DNA of 64,000 bases from Laetmonice hystrix (lineage: Eukaryota), in assembly GCA_965235115.1 (NCBI GenBank), contig OZ249440.1, positions 32,118,001 to 32,182,000 of the forward strand, read 5' to 3'. The notes beneath the pieces were generated by a model. The model searched no databases and was not told the origin of the DNA. It saw only the letters and a program-made list of their open reading frames with translations. Shown here piece by piece: positions 52,618 to 63,173 of the stretch. A program made the translations under genes and the position numbers. The number at the start of each line of letters is the position of its first letter. Positions within the stretch are counted from its first letter, which is position 1.

Positions 52618-52769
52618 GAGGCGGGTCGGAAACAGAGAACCTGCCACTACAGAAGGCTGCCGTTAAGGTTTTGTCCACGAGAGCGTGCCGCCTCCACTGG
52701 ACGCCCACCCCGATCACCGAAACACAAACATGTGTTCTAGGCAACGGCTCCCCTGTCTCTGCCTGTCAG
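52618..52769 (+). CDS. serine protease, exon from the LQ motif to Cys191-Gln192
   Basis: tcag acceptor after a pyrimidine tract, GTAGGG donor. 152 nt, phase 1 in (matches the 10547 exon end) and phase 0 out. Translates GGGSETENLPLQKAAVKVLSTRAC...ITETQTCVLGNGSPVSACQ, ending just before the expected GDSGGP. Confidence 0.85.
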
Positions 52770-53474
52770 GTAGGGTTCTTTCGTCTGGAAGCATGGGTTA
52801 CGTGGTCATAATAGGGGCCTCTTATCTGGGAGCATGGGTCACAATGGGGGGGCCCTTCTTCTGGGAGCATGGCATTGGTGGCCGATCACCTGATCACACT
52901 AGGGTCCACTGGGAAAATGGTATTGCGTTAATAATGAAGCATGGTGGCTGAAGAACTCTACGTCTAAGTTAAGAGCTGATGTCCCGTTTGTCTTCAGAGT
53001 GGGCCAGGATTTCTGCAGCGTAAATGAGAGAATGGCAAGACGTCTGTAGATATATGCGTAATGTAGGGTATGTTTGAGCAGAGCACTTTTTTCAACGGGC
53101 AAGAGGAACAATCTAAGCAAGATGGAGTACAATATGAAATCCGTCAAATAACAAATTTTGCACAAGGAATAACTAAATACAAAAGAAACCATCCATCATT
53201 GTCAAACTACGGGCTGTTTCATCCAGAATGTGTCTCTTCCTTATCCTTCCAATATTTCCACATATACAGGTACTATTGTGTGAGTCCTTAAAACAATCTT
53301 ATGACACAATGATAACACTTACACTCTGTCAATGTTTTATTAGGTCCAGTAAAATTAAAGTCTGCTCTTCGTGCTCTTATTGGGCCTGTTGCACAACTTT
53401 CTCGTAAGGAAAATCGTATCGTAAATTACGATACGAGGCATTTTCCGTTGCACATCACTAAAATCGTATCTTAA

Positions 53475-53631
53475 CCCTTTGAACCTGATTGGCCGAATTT
53501 CCGGCCAAAGTACATTTTAAAATATACCGATTGGCCGGTTTTCCGGCCAGCTCCTTAAGCTTAATTTAATGGCCAGAGAAAAAGGCCAGGTATATAGAAA
53601 AATGATCAAAAATGCTTCAGGGCTCAAAGGG
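53475..53631. mobile_element. piggyBac-like MITE
   Basis: ccctttga...tcaaaggg flanked by TTAA. Confidence 0.8.
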
Positions 53632-53683
53632 TTAAGACATCGTAAACAATGCGATTGTCCCCGAATTTTAAGAGCAACAAAAG

Positions 53684-54000
53684 TGTACTCTTAAGGTTTT
53701 ACGAATTCTTAATTCTCACCAATCCCGCATGATTTTACTGCCACAGGCACCACGAGTATTATGGATCGAGTAGATCCCTTTGAACGATTGAACGACAGAT
53801 TTCAGGAGCTCGGTACCGGCTCACTCCACATGTACTCTTAAGGTTTTACGAATTCTTAATTCTCACCAATCCCGCATGATTTTACTGCCACAGGCACCAC
53901 GAGTATTATGGATCGAGTAGATCCCTTTGAACAATATTTTCGACAGAATTGAACGATTGAACGACAGATTTCAGGAGCTCGGTACCGGCTCACTCCACAG
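53684..54000. repeat. Tandem duplication ~147-170 bp
   Basis: tgtactcttaagg...ggctcactccaca occurs twice. Confidence 0.85.
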
Positions 54001-54812
54001 TTAGTTGAACAGTTAGCCTACGAGTTCGGCTCATCGGAATTTGCTACCAAAGGCACAAGACACTCCAAGGGTCTTTTCCACAAGGAGAGGGTGTTTTAAA
54101 ATAATCTACAGAGGCGGATTTGGTGGGGAGGGGGTTGGGTTAACTGGGGTTGTTCTCCCCCGTTACGAAGTATCATTTCTTTTTTTTCTGCTTAAAAGGT
54201 TCACACAAAATATACACCCCCCTGCGGCACCCCACAACGCAAACGTGGCTCCGCCCCTGATCTACCCCATGAGGTCCCAAAATGCCATTATTTATACATT
54301 CCTCACATAGTAGAGGTGATGAAAGGCACAAAATATATAATTACAATTTCTTGGCATCGATATTCACCCACTTCCCCCTTCTTAGTGCTGTCTCCTCAAC
54401 TAGAATGCTCAAGCCACTTCACTGGTGGATAACTTTTTATCCCCCCTATTTTGCAACCCTATAACGGACTCGTACCTAAAATATCTTTGGTTCTACCTTG
54501 CAGTCCTCGCGAGACGCGAGAACATGTGAGATACGGTTTGGCGCGCTTAGGTCAATTGAGCGTTTGGTTTCGTGCGGGTCACACGTGTTTTTCTGTTTGC
54601 TCAGCGGTTAGCCTGGCGGGCGCCGTTTGAGAGTGTCAGCGGTTAGCATGACAGGCGCCGCTTGATACTATTTCAGTACTGTGTGTACGGCAGTGGTCAA
54701 CCGGTAGAGTGCCACTTGAGTGAACTTGAACTTAGCAGGCAGAGCGCCGGTCTTCAGTGGAGGTAGTTCGGAGTTACTCTGTGGGACTTGTAGGCCCTAC
54801 CAACAAATCAAA

Positions 54813-56000
54813 ATGCCGAACAAAAAGCAGGATACTGAAGTTACTCCAAGTCCCAAGGTGGGGGACAGAAAAGACCGGTCGGAAACACGAGAACGGGTCA
54901 GTGAACAGAGTGAAAAAACGCCGAGTGGAGGGGTCAGCCAGGACCCCGCACTGTTAGCGGTTTTAAACAAGGTGGCCAGCTCTATGGATAATATGGCCTC
55001 GCAGCTGTCGGGTAAGCTGGATAACCTTAATGAAGGGATTGGCTGTATTCAAGAATTTTTGACTGACCAGGCCCCAGACGACTATATAGAGGAGTCTACC
55101 CCAGAGAAGGCGGACGAATTAGAGCAGGTTGACGTTTCTGACCAGGGGTCACTGTTTACGTCTCTTATGGCCACGGGGCAGGCAGCTGACCAGGGCCCAC
55201 CGGTGCTCGAACCGGCAGTGCCGAGCACCAGTAGCCAGCAGACGGGCCCAGGTATTTGGGGCTCGCTGCTGGCGGAATTGGATGTGGCGCCACAGACGGG
55301 CCCAGATGTGCCGGAGGACATCGCTAAAGTGCTGCAGAGTGCTTTGAGTCCAGAAGCTTTGACGACCCCTAGTCTTAGGAAGAAATCGCAGGAAGATTTG
55401 GAGCGCCGCTCAGCTCGTTACCCACGACCGGGTAACGTGCCGAATTTATCGGTACCAAAGACCAACAAATTGATTTGGGACAAACTTTCTGTAGAGCAGA
55501 AAAGGGTGGATGTCGGTTTGCAGAGACAGCAGGATTCGTTGGTGGCATCAATTTCGGCAATCTGTACTATCGTCCCCGACCTGACGTCCCAGGCTAATGA
55601 TGAGCGCGCCATACATCATCTCAAGGCACTCACAGATGTAATTATGCTTGTTTCGCACACAGTGCATAGTATTTCCAACAGGAGAAGGGAGGTCATGACT
55701 GGCGCGGTTCATTCTCAATTTAAATCGCTTTTCTCCCCGGCCAATCCCCCGTCGAGAGACTGGTTGTTTGGGGACAATATCGAGGGTCGGGTAAAGAAAT
55801 GCGTAGAGACGTCGACTTTGGTGGACAAGTTGAGAGGAGACCGTCCAAGCTTGAGAGCTCACCCTTACAGGCCTTACAGTCGAGGCAGGCCAGGGGCCGC
55901 GAGGGGCACCAGAGGTCAGGCGGGGTCGGCAGCGTCGGCCTCAGGCGGTTTTGAGCGATTTCGGCGGGGGTTTTTCCGCAGGGGCGCTCGCCGCTACTAA
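54813..56000 (+). CDS. DIRS gag-like ORF1
   Basis: ATG at 54813. Contains YPRPGN-x-P-x-L-x-VP-x-x-N-x-x-IW, RRRE and WLFG motifs with an Arg/Gly-rich C-terminus, typical of DIRS ORF1. Confidence 0.85.
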   Translation: MPNKKQDTEVTPSPKVGDRKDRSETRERVSEQSEKTPSGGVSQDPALLAVLNKVASSMDNMASQLSGKLDNLNEGIGCIQEFLTDQAPDDYIEESTPEKADELEQVDVSDQGSLFTSLMATGQAADQGPPVLEPAVPSTSSQQTGPGIWGSLLAELDVAPQTGPDVPEDIAKVLQSALSPEALTTPSLRKKSQEDLERRSARYPRPGNVPNLSVPKTNKLIWDKLSVEQKRVDVGLQRQQDSLVASISAICTIVPDLTSQANDERAIHHLKALTDVIMLVSHTVHSISNRRREVMTGAVHSQFKSLFSPANPPSRDWLFGDNIEGRVKKCVETSTLVDKLRGDRPSLRAHPYRPYSRGRPGAARGTRGQAGSAASASGGFERFRRGFFRRGARRY

Positions 56001-57933
56001 CCCAGGTGAGCGACTAGCGTCCCAGTTATCTACAGGCGTTATTCCAGGTAACACTTGCTTTTGTTTGTCAGCCTGGCGTCAGTTGACTACAGACCCGTTT
56101 ATCATACAGTGTGCAACGGGTTATAGAATAGACTTCACCCTGCCACCCTTTCAATCGAGTATCCCTAGAGAGTATAATATGCTTTCGACAGCTAAGGATT
56201 TTGTGGACTTAGAGGTGGCGACGCTGCTGAGTAAGGGCGTCATTCAGAAATGTCTTTGTTCTTCCAAACAGTTTGTCTCCAATGTCTTTCTGAGACCGAA
56301 AAAAGATGGCACACATAGGCTGATCCTTGACCTTTCTAAGCTTAACAAATTTGTGACTTACGAACATTTTAAGATGTCTTCACTGCAACAAGCCGTCGAA
56401 TTATTGAGAGACTCTATGTGGATGGCCTCTATTGATTTAGCCGAGGCTTATTATACCATACCAATTTCGGAGTCAGACAGGAATTGGTTGAAGTTTAGTT
56501 GGCGAGGTCAGCTATATAGGTTCAACGTCCTTCCGTTTGGATTATCGTCAGCTCCCAGGATTTTTACTAAGGTTTTGGTTCCCCTTTTCTCTAAGGCGAG
56601 AGAGGACGGCATTATTTGTATAGGTTATATTGATGATTCTTTAGTGCTAGCGGAATCAGAAACGGAGTGTGCCAGGTCAGTTGATGAACTTAAAGGAGGG
56701 TTCGAAAAACTAGGTTTCAAAATTAGTGCCAAGAAATCGGTTCTAAAACCCACACAAAAAATTACCTTCCTGGGTTACTGGATTGACTCAGTCAAGATGA
56801 AAGTCTACCCTACAGAGGAGAAAAGAACTAAGTTACTGACAATGACAGAACAGGTGGAAAAGGATGCTGATTTGACGGTCAGGAAATTAGCTCGGCTAAT
56901 TGGGGTAATGGTTGACCTGGTAAAAGGAGTCGATTATGGTCGGGCCCACTATAGGAACTTAGAGATGCTTAAAACCAAGACCCTCAAACAAAATGGGGGT
57001 GATTTTGACGGCAGACTTTCACTCTCTCAGGAGGCGGTAAAAGATCTGAATTGGTGGAAATCAAATATTCTAACGGGAGAACGGAAGATCAGACAGTCGG
57101 CCCCTGTCCTGGAAATGTTTACGGACGCATCACTTTCAGGATGGGGAGCCGTATTCGGGAATCAGAGCACAGGGGGACAGTGGTCAAGTTTAGAACAGCG
57201 GGACCACATCAATGTTCTAGAACTGAGAGCAGTTTGGTTCGGCCTTCGATCTTTCTTCAAAGATAAAGTTAATGTGGAAGTAAAGATTCTGGCAGATAAT
57301 ACCACCACAGTAGCCTACATTAATAAAATGGGAGGAACCAAATCTTTGGTGTGTAATAGATTAGCGATTCAGATTTGGGAATGGTGCCAGAGCAGGAGGA
57401 TCTGGATTGTCGGTGCACACATCCCGGGACCACACAATGTACTGGCGGATTATGAAAGCAGACATTTTACGGTTAATACAGAGTGGATGCTGTCCAAAGA
57501 CATTTTTTCTGCGGTTTGCGATAGATTCGGTAAACCAGACATTGACTTATTTGCTTCAAGACTGAATTTTCAGATTAAGAATTACGTTAGCTGGCGTCCA
57601 GACCCGGGAGCCTGCCGGGTAGATGCGTTCTCTTTTAACTGGGGCGATCACTTTATTTACGCTTTTCCGCCTTTCAGTCTAGTATCCAAGACACTCCAAA
57701 AAATCCACGTCGAAGGTCCGAGAGCGATCCTGGTGGCTCCCAATTGGCCAGGACGACCGTTCTACTCGCAGGCAAAAGCAGAGGCGGATGCACTGTGGCT
57801 AATTCAACGATCCGAAAGAAATCTGGTACAGACATGTCGCGGCTCAGAGGAAAAACGACTAGCAGTAGGGCTGATGGTCTGCTTTTTCTCAAGGAAAGCC
57901 TTAACAGACAGGGCAGGTCCGCAGAAGTATTAG
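55951..57933 (+). CDS. DIRS reverse transcriptase / RNase H / adenine-methyltransferase-like ORF
   Basis: Uninterrupted 660-codon frame. RT motifs PKKDG..RLILDL, IDLAEAY, LPFGLSSAP, YIDD; RNase H motifs FTDAS..GWGA, HINVLEL, DN; MT-like motifs DLFAS...DAF...YAFPPF. True start is uncertain. Confidence 0.95.
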   Translation: MSDFGGGFSAGALAATNPGERLASQLSTGVIPGNTCFCLSAWRQLTTDPFIIQCATGYRIDFTLPPFQSSIPREYNMLSTAKDFVDLEVATLLSKGVIQKCLCSSKQFVSNVFLRPKKDGTHRLILDLSKLNKFVTYEHFKMSSLQQAVELLRDSMWMASIDLAEAYYTIPISESDRNWLKFSWRGQLYRFNVLPFGLSSAPRIFTKVLVPLFSKAREDGIICIGYIDDSLVLAESETECARSVDELKGGFEKLGFKISAKKSVLKPTQKITFLGYWIDSVKMKVYPTEEKRTKLLTMTEQVEKDADLTVRKLARLIGVMVDLVKGVDYGRAHYRNLEMLKTKTLKQNGGDFDGRLSLSQEAVKDLNWWKSNILTGERKIRQSAPVLEMFTDASLSGWGAVFGNQSTGGQWSSLEQRDHINVLELRAVWFGLRSFFKDKVNVEVKILADNTTTVAYINKMGGTKSLVCNRLAIQIWEWCQSRRIWIVGAHIPGPHNVLADYESRHFTVNTEWMLSKDIFSAVCDRFGKPDIDLFASRLNFQIKNYVSWRPDPGACRVDAFSFNWGDHFIYAFPPFSLVSKTLQKIHVEGPRAILVAPNWPGRPFYSQAKAEADALWLIQRSERNLVQTCRGSEEKRLAVGLMVCFFSRKALTDRAGPQKY

Positions 57934-58874
57934 ACCTCATGTGGAAGTCGTGGAGGAAAGGCACGAGGAGTCAATATGCGTGCTATATCAGTAGATGGTT
58001 ACGTTTTTGTAGAGTTAAGGCTCAGGATCCTCGGACACCTGATTTAGAGTTAGTGTTAGAGTTTTTGCTAGAGCTGTTTAAGGAGGGACTTAGTTACAGC
58101 GCTATTAACACAGCAAGGAGTGCCTTATCGGCGGCCATACCTTGGCCGGGAAATGGAACGTTGGGAAGCACAACTGACATTTGCCGGTTTATGAAAGGTT
58201 GTTTTGAGAGCCGGCCACCAAAAGCAAGGTACTCTAAAACCTGGGATGTAGACTTAGTCTTCAAGAAACTAATAGAGTGGCCTAAAAATAAGAGATTAAG
58301 TTGGAGGAATCTAACACTGAAACTATTAATTTTGCTGGCCTTAGTGACGGGTCAACGGGGTCAGACGCTGTGGTGCATGAATATCAGAGACTTGGAAATT
58401 GGAGATTCAGCAATTTTGAAGATGAGGGATCTACTCAAACACAATAGACAAGGAAACACTTTGGATACCATTGAATTGAAGCCGTTCCCTGAGGAACCAA
58501 AGCTATGTCCAGTCTCTACCTTGAGAGAGTATGTTATCAGGACACACAGGTTGCGAGGTGACAACGACTACCTACTTATTTCTTTCATTCCCCCGCATAG
58601 GAGAATTACAAGGGATACTTTATCTCGCTGGCTAAAGGTTATGATGCAGATCTGTGGAGTGGACACGCATTATTTCAAGAGTCACAGCACGAGAGCAGCC
58701 TCCACCTCCAAAGCTTTTTCCATTAATGTGCCAGTAGAGGTGATCCTAAAACGGGCTTCTTGGACGAACTGGAAAACATTTGCAGCTCATTATAAAAAAC
58801 CCATTGTCAACAGTGCAGCCTCTTTGGGTCACGAACTGTTGCGAAATGCCCACAAGACACTGAGGAAATCATAG
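57744..58874 (+). CDS. DIRS tyrosine recombinase
   Basis: Contains YSAINTARSALS, LALVTGQR (catalytic Arg), HSTR, W and F-x-x-HY (catalytic Tyr). Overlaps the end of the RT ORF. True start is probably downstream of 57744. Confidence 0.93.
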   Translation: MARTTVLLAGKSRGGCTVANSTIRKKSGTDMSRLRGKTTSSRADGLLFLKESLNRQGRSAEVLDLMWKSWRKGTRSQYACYISRWLRFCRVKAQDPRTPDLELVLEFLLELFKEGLSYSAINTARSALSAAIPWPGNGTLGSTTDICRFMKGCFESRPPKARYSKTWDVDLVFKKLIEWPKNKRLSWRNLTLKLLILLALVTGQRGQTLWCMNIRDLEIGDSAILKMRDLLKHNRQGNTLDTIELKPFPEEPKLCPVSTLREYVIRTHRLRGDNDYLLISFIPPHRRITRDTLSRWLKVMMQICGVDTHYFKSHSTRAASTSKAFSINVPVEVILKRASWTNWKTFAAHYKKPIVNSAASLGHELLRNAHKTLRKS

Positions 58875-58929
58875 GACAGGTGAGTCCAACTTTGATCCGA
58901 TTTCGGGTCCACAAGGAAAACGCTTTAAA

Positions 58930-59058
58930 ATCTCACATGTTCTCGCGTCTCGCGAGGACTGCAAGGTAGAATTTTAAAGTTAAACGAACTTACCTTGGTA
59001 AAAGTGAAGTTTGATGTAAATTCTACCGGTAGTCCTTCGCGAGATGCGGGGAACATGT
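58930..59058. repeat. DIRS internal complementary region (ICR)
   Basis: 58930-58971 is the reverse complement of the element's left end. About 58970-59058 is the reverse complement of the right end (about 59186-59274). Confidence 0.92.
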
Positions 59059-61354
59059 CCCGCCACTCCCACCCATTTGGTAGGTAAGAAAGACTGAGTA
59101 AACCTTAGGGGTCACAGTCTTTTCCGGGGGGAGTTTTCCTTGTTAGACCTTTGAAAATTGACCTAAGCGCGCCAAACCGTATCTCACATGTTCCCCGCAT
59201 CTCGCGAAGGACTACCGGTAGAATTTACATCAAACTTCACTTTTACCAAGGTAAGTTCGTTTAACTTTAAAATTTTATTCTGTAGGTTTGCCTCAATGCT
59301 TTACGATTCCTAGCCAGTGGCGTACTATATAGTGCCTGTTGTGACACCCAGGCGGTTTCCAAGTCCACAGTGTGTAGATTCGTCCACGCAGTGATAAAAT
59401 TCTTGTACGCAACCAATGGGCGGTATGCACTGTGGGATCCAGGGGGCCCTAAGGGGCCCGGGTCCCCCCTTAAATTTCCCTTCCCTTTTTTTTAAGAAGA
59501 TGTATTATTCGGACCTTGAAACCAGGATTATGATTTACTGGTAGAATTGTGAGTACTGACTCATTGAGGCTCAGTACCGGTAGGCCTAGGTCTAGATGAG
59601 GAGTAGTTAAACTGACTGTGCAGTCGTCGATGGGTCCTGGCATAGACAGGAATAGTGGGGCAGTCATAAAATAAAATAAATATGGCACATGGTATCGTGC
59701 ATATGAAAATTTATGGCACTCTGGGAACTGATATTGCACTCCGCTTCGTGTCGTGCAATATCAGTTGCCATCGTGCCATATATTTTCATATTGCACTCAA
59801 CCAAGTGCCATATTTCAGCCTTGTCACGAAAGGAGCGCTCTTGCTCTCGCGCTCCACAGCGCTCCTTATTCCGGTTTCAGGTGCTCGATAATCGCGCTCG
59901 CCGGAATTTCAAAAGCATGTTTCAAACACTTGCCTCGACAACCCTAACAGTACCATTGATCTACCCGCAGTAATTGAGCCGAAGGGAACAGAAACATCGC
60001 CGGACATTTCCGAATCGATGTCATATGCGGGAACCAAGCTCTCGCAGGGCTCACCAGGTCATCCTCCTCGGCACGGTGAACCCTGAGAAAGAATGGTGCG
60101 GGAACCAGCGTGAAGCCTCTCTTTCGTGTCAACCGCTACTTTCCGTCAGCAGGTAGGGTAAACTGCCCATGAGTCGCCAACCGGCCTGTCCTTTCGGCAA
60201 CCGGCCTGCCCTTTCACCAACCCCCACCTCCCCACTTCCGGCCCAAGTGGTGCTCGACTGCCCCCCCCCCGTCGGTCACCATGGATTTCAGCCGCTGGGC
60301 CCTTCTTCTGCTCCCCAACCCGTCGGCGTCGGGGTCCCTCCGCCGGGTCAACCCAGGCCCCACACCGCCCGCCGCCTCCCAATGACCGCCCGCACAACTA
60401 CCGCCCCCCGTCGGACCACAATGCGTGTTGGGACGTCCCCTCCGTTTCACTTGTCCGACCGGACGACTAACATTAAATTTTATTCGTCCAAATACATTTT
60501 TTTAGTCGTCTGGGACGTTTGGACGTGGGTTTTTTTCGAGCCCTGAACGGGCACCTAAAAAGGTCCCCGCTGTTGTAACGGGGCATTTTACCGGAGTGGG
60601 CGGGGATTTTTTATGCAACGGGCCCCTATTGATGGAGTCAGATGATACAGATGGGACTTTCACACTTTTTCTAGGACGGGCAGCTATGGTAGCATGTGTC
60701 CAGCTGACGCCCAAGGCCTTCCTGAGAGGACCCATTATATATGCTCGCAACAGTTTAAAACCTATTTACACCTTCCTTGGTAGGTGGTGTGCCGTTTGCT
60801 GAACCGTCAGTGGGGAAATTGCGTTTTCTTGCCCCCCCGACATGCTAAGTGGTGGCATGGCGAGACTGAACATGTGTCAGATGAAAAGTGTTTTACACAT
60901 TTGTGTCAGATGAAAAGTGTTTTACACATTTATTTGGTCATTATATATAGTTTTTGCTTAAAATTAAAAAAAAAATTGCGAGAGCAAATAGCTCTCCTGA
61001 CAGATTTCAGGAGCTTGATAATCGCTCCCCATGAGTTTTCTCATGACAAGGCCTGATATTTGTATAATATTTTCGATATTTGCAAAAATTATATATGTAT
61101 GGGAGAGTGCCACATTGTTAGATGCCACATCATGCATGTTAAACGCTGCAACCGTCATTTCTCTGTAAATAATATCACTGCAGACTGGAATAATTTTCAC
61201 AGAATGGAAGCATGCTGCCCAGAATCACAAAAGAACAGAGAGTGGGGTGAGTGAATGAGTGAGTTGGTGAGTTAACATTATGGTGCCGACTGAGCCTAAG
61301 GCCATGTTCATGGAATCTTATACACACTCTCAAGATAAAATTATCTCAAATATT

Positions 61355-61655
61355 TCAATTATTATGTGGCATACCTGAGATCTCCTTCCATGCGCTCGCC
61401 CTACTCTCTGGGGTCGTGGATGACTCTCTGATCTGCTGTCTGTGAAGGCAAGCGAGCTCCAGGACCACTTTGATGGCGTCAGAGGTCCAATTTCTACCAC
61501 GCCAATTATTATGTGGCATACCTGAGATCTCCTTCCATGCGCTCACCCTACTCTCTGGGGTCGTGGATGACTCTCTGATCTGCTGTCTGTGAAGGCAAGC
61601 GAGCTCCAGGACCACTTTGATGGCGTCAGAGGTCCAATTTCTACCACGCACCATG
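61355..61655 (-). pseudogene. Myb/SANT-like DNA-binding exon (probable Harbinger ORF2), present as a ~147-bp tandem duplication
   Basis: MVRGRNWTSDAIKVVLELA...ESRVSAWKEIS occurs twice (R-x-x-NW/F...AW-x-x-I pattern). Convergent with the transposase remnant. Confidence 0.6.
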
Positions 61656-62109
61656 GAGCATATTCTGACATCAGTACTTGATTTGGTGCATTGTTGCACA
61701 CTCTAGGACAGCTGTTTCCGCGTTTGATAGAAGTTTTTTTTTAATCACGCCCAAGGAGGTTGAAGCCAGCTCGTGCGGCCCGGTGCCTCTCCCTCTCTGG
61801 CTGGATACCTCTGTATACGCCCTTATTCTGGATGGCCTGGTGCAAGAATTGTCGCTCTACCCCTAAAAACGACAAATGGGACAAGAGCTGTTGTGTCAGA
61901 TTGCAAAATAAACTGGGTGGCACAGATGTATTTGCATCCTTCCAGTACCAGTTTTATCGCTGGCCCTCCCCAGTGCTCCATAACTGGATCAAGAAAGCCT
62001 TTGATGTGTTCAGCCTTGCCTGCGTGACTGGGGATATAAAGGAGCCCTTGAAATTTTACGAAAAGAGTAGGAGATTTCTTTCCAGTGACTCATTTTTCTG
62101 GGGCGGGAC

Positions 62110-62250
62110 CGTTAATTCGACAGCCCCTTGGTCCGACAGACCAATCCACTATGGGTTAGAGTTAAGGATAGGTTTAGGGCTAGTTGTATTCGGTTTTAGG
62201 TCAAAGTGGGTTGTCGGATTATTAAGATCTCGGACTAAGGGACCTAGAGC
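62110..62250. repeat. Helentron-associated (HINE/DINE-like) short element
   Basis: gtccgacag...ggttagagttaaggataggtttaggg...tgtcgga / tcggac inverted motif around a GGTTAG-like tract. Confidence 0.45.
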
Positions 62251-63173
62251 CATTTTTCCCACTTCATCCTGACCATCACCACCTAGGACTTGGGGCTATA
62301 ATAGGTCACTCGACTGAAGAATATGCAGGGGCAGATCCAGGATTCTGCAAGGGGGGGGGGTTCGAATTTTGTTTAATTTTCTAATAGTCCCCCATATACC
62401 ATGCGAGCGCCGAAGGCACAAAGCCTTGAGTAGGGGGCCTCCTCCAGAAAGATTTGAAAATTAAAGTCATATTATAGCGTGAAATGTAAGAAAGTTTTAG
62501 CGATTTTCTAATATTACTTCCTGCATGTTACCAAAGACATGTACAAATATTTGCAAAGTCAAATAGGGACAATACCTGCTTGTTACCTGCAGTACAACCG
62601 AAAATCGCAATCAATCGAAAGAAAAACGTGCAATGATTCCACCACCATTGGATTTGAACTGGAAGGGAATTCCCTCACGTGACTTTCTACACAGTTATTA
62701 ATGACGCAGCCAAACAAGATGGCGTCATCATCGTCCAGCAAGCCAAATAGCGATTAGCCAGCAGAAATAGCCCAGACATAACTAATACAACGAAATATAT
62801 CTGTACCATCTGTCGTATTCACATTATGTAGACAGGAGGGGGGGACGAGTGGGCCTGCAAGGTTGATATTTTTTGCTGTTGACAATCCGGCATAAGAGGG
62901 TTTCACCGGTTGTAATCTCCTCTTCTGCCCTGGGCCTCGCCGCCCGGCGTGCTCAGTCACCGTGCACGGCCGTAAATAGACCAGTCATACATAGTGGTTG
63001 AGTAACCAGCTTTCGCACTGGTTGGAAATGTATTCCATGAAACGAATTGGGTCAGTGCCTTAAGCTGGTCGAAGGCTGATGGAATGTGTTCCGCGGGGAG
63101 GTAGGGAAGGGACAGGACGGTTTGGACATAGGCCTACCGGGAACACACGAGCAGAAGGGCCGGTGTGGTGGGC

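Larger units (their letters stand above)
54491..59272 (+). mobile_element. DIRS1-type tyrosine-recombinase retrotransposon, apparently full length
   Basis: Three long overlapping ORFs (gag-like; RT/RNase H/MT; YR). Left ITR 54491-54557, right ITR 59156-59223 plus an extension to 59272, and an internal complementary region at about 58930-59058. No conventional TSD. Confidence 0.96.
53382..59422 (+). pseudogene. Decayed spliced PIF/Harbinger (HARBI1-like) transposase, 5' part, interrupted by the DIRS
   Basis: GGGCCTGTTGCACAA terminus-like sequence at 53382. MDRVDPFE...TRHSKGLFHKER up to a GT at 54091. Exon 59286-59422 reads VCLNALRFLASG...AVSKSTVCRFVHAV. DDE core and right TIR not found. Confidence 0.7.

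Noticed and set aside
61760..62272. 170-aa ORF as a host gene or final protease exon
   Set aside because: No GDSGGP or SWG motif. It runs through SINE-core-like and Helentron-like repeat sequence.
2265..62958. Giant element bounded by inverted repeats at 2265-2690 and 62480-62958
   Set aside because: The copies are diverged, no shared TSD is seen, and they enclose host exons. Two independent insertions of one repeat family explain this more simply.
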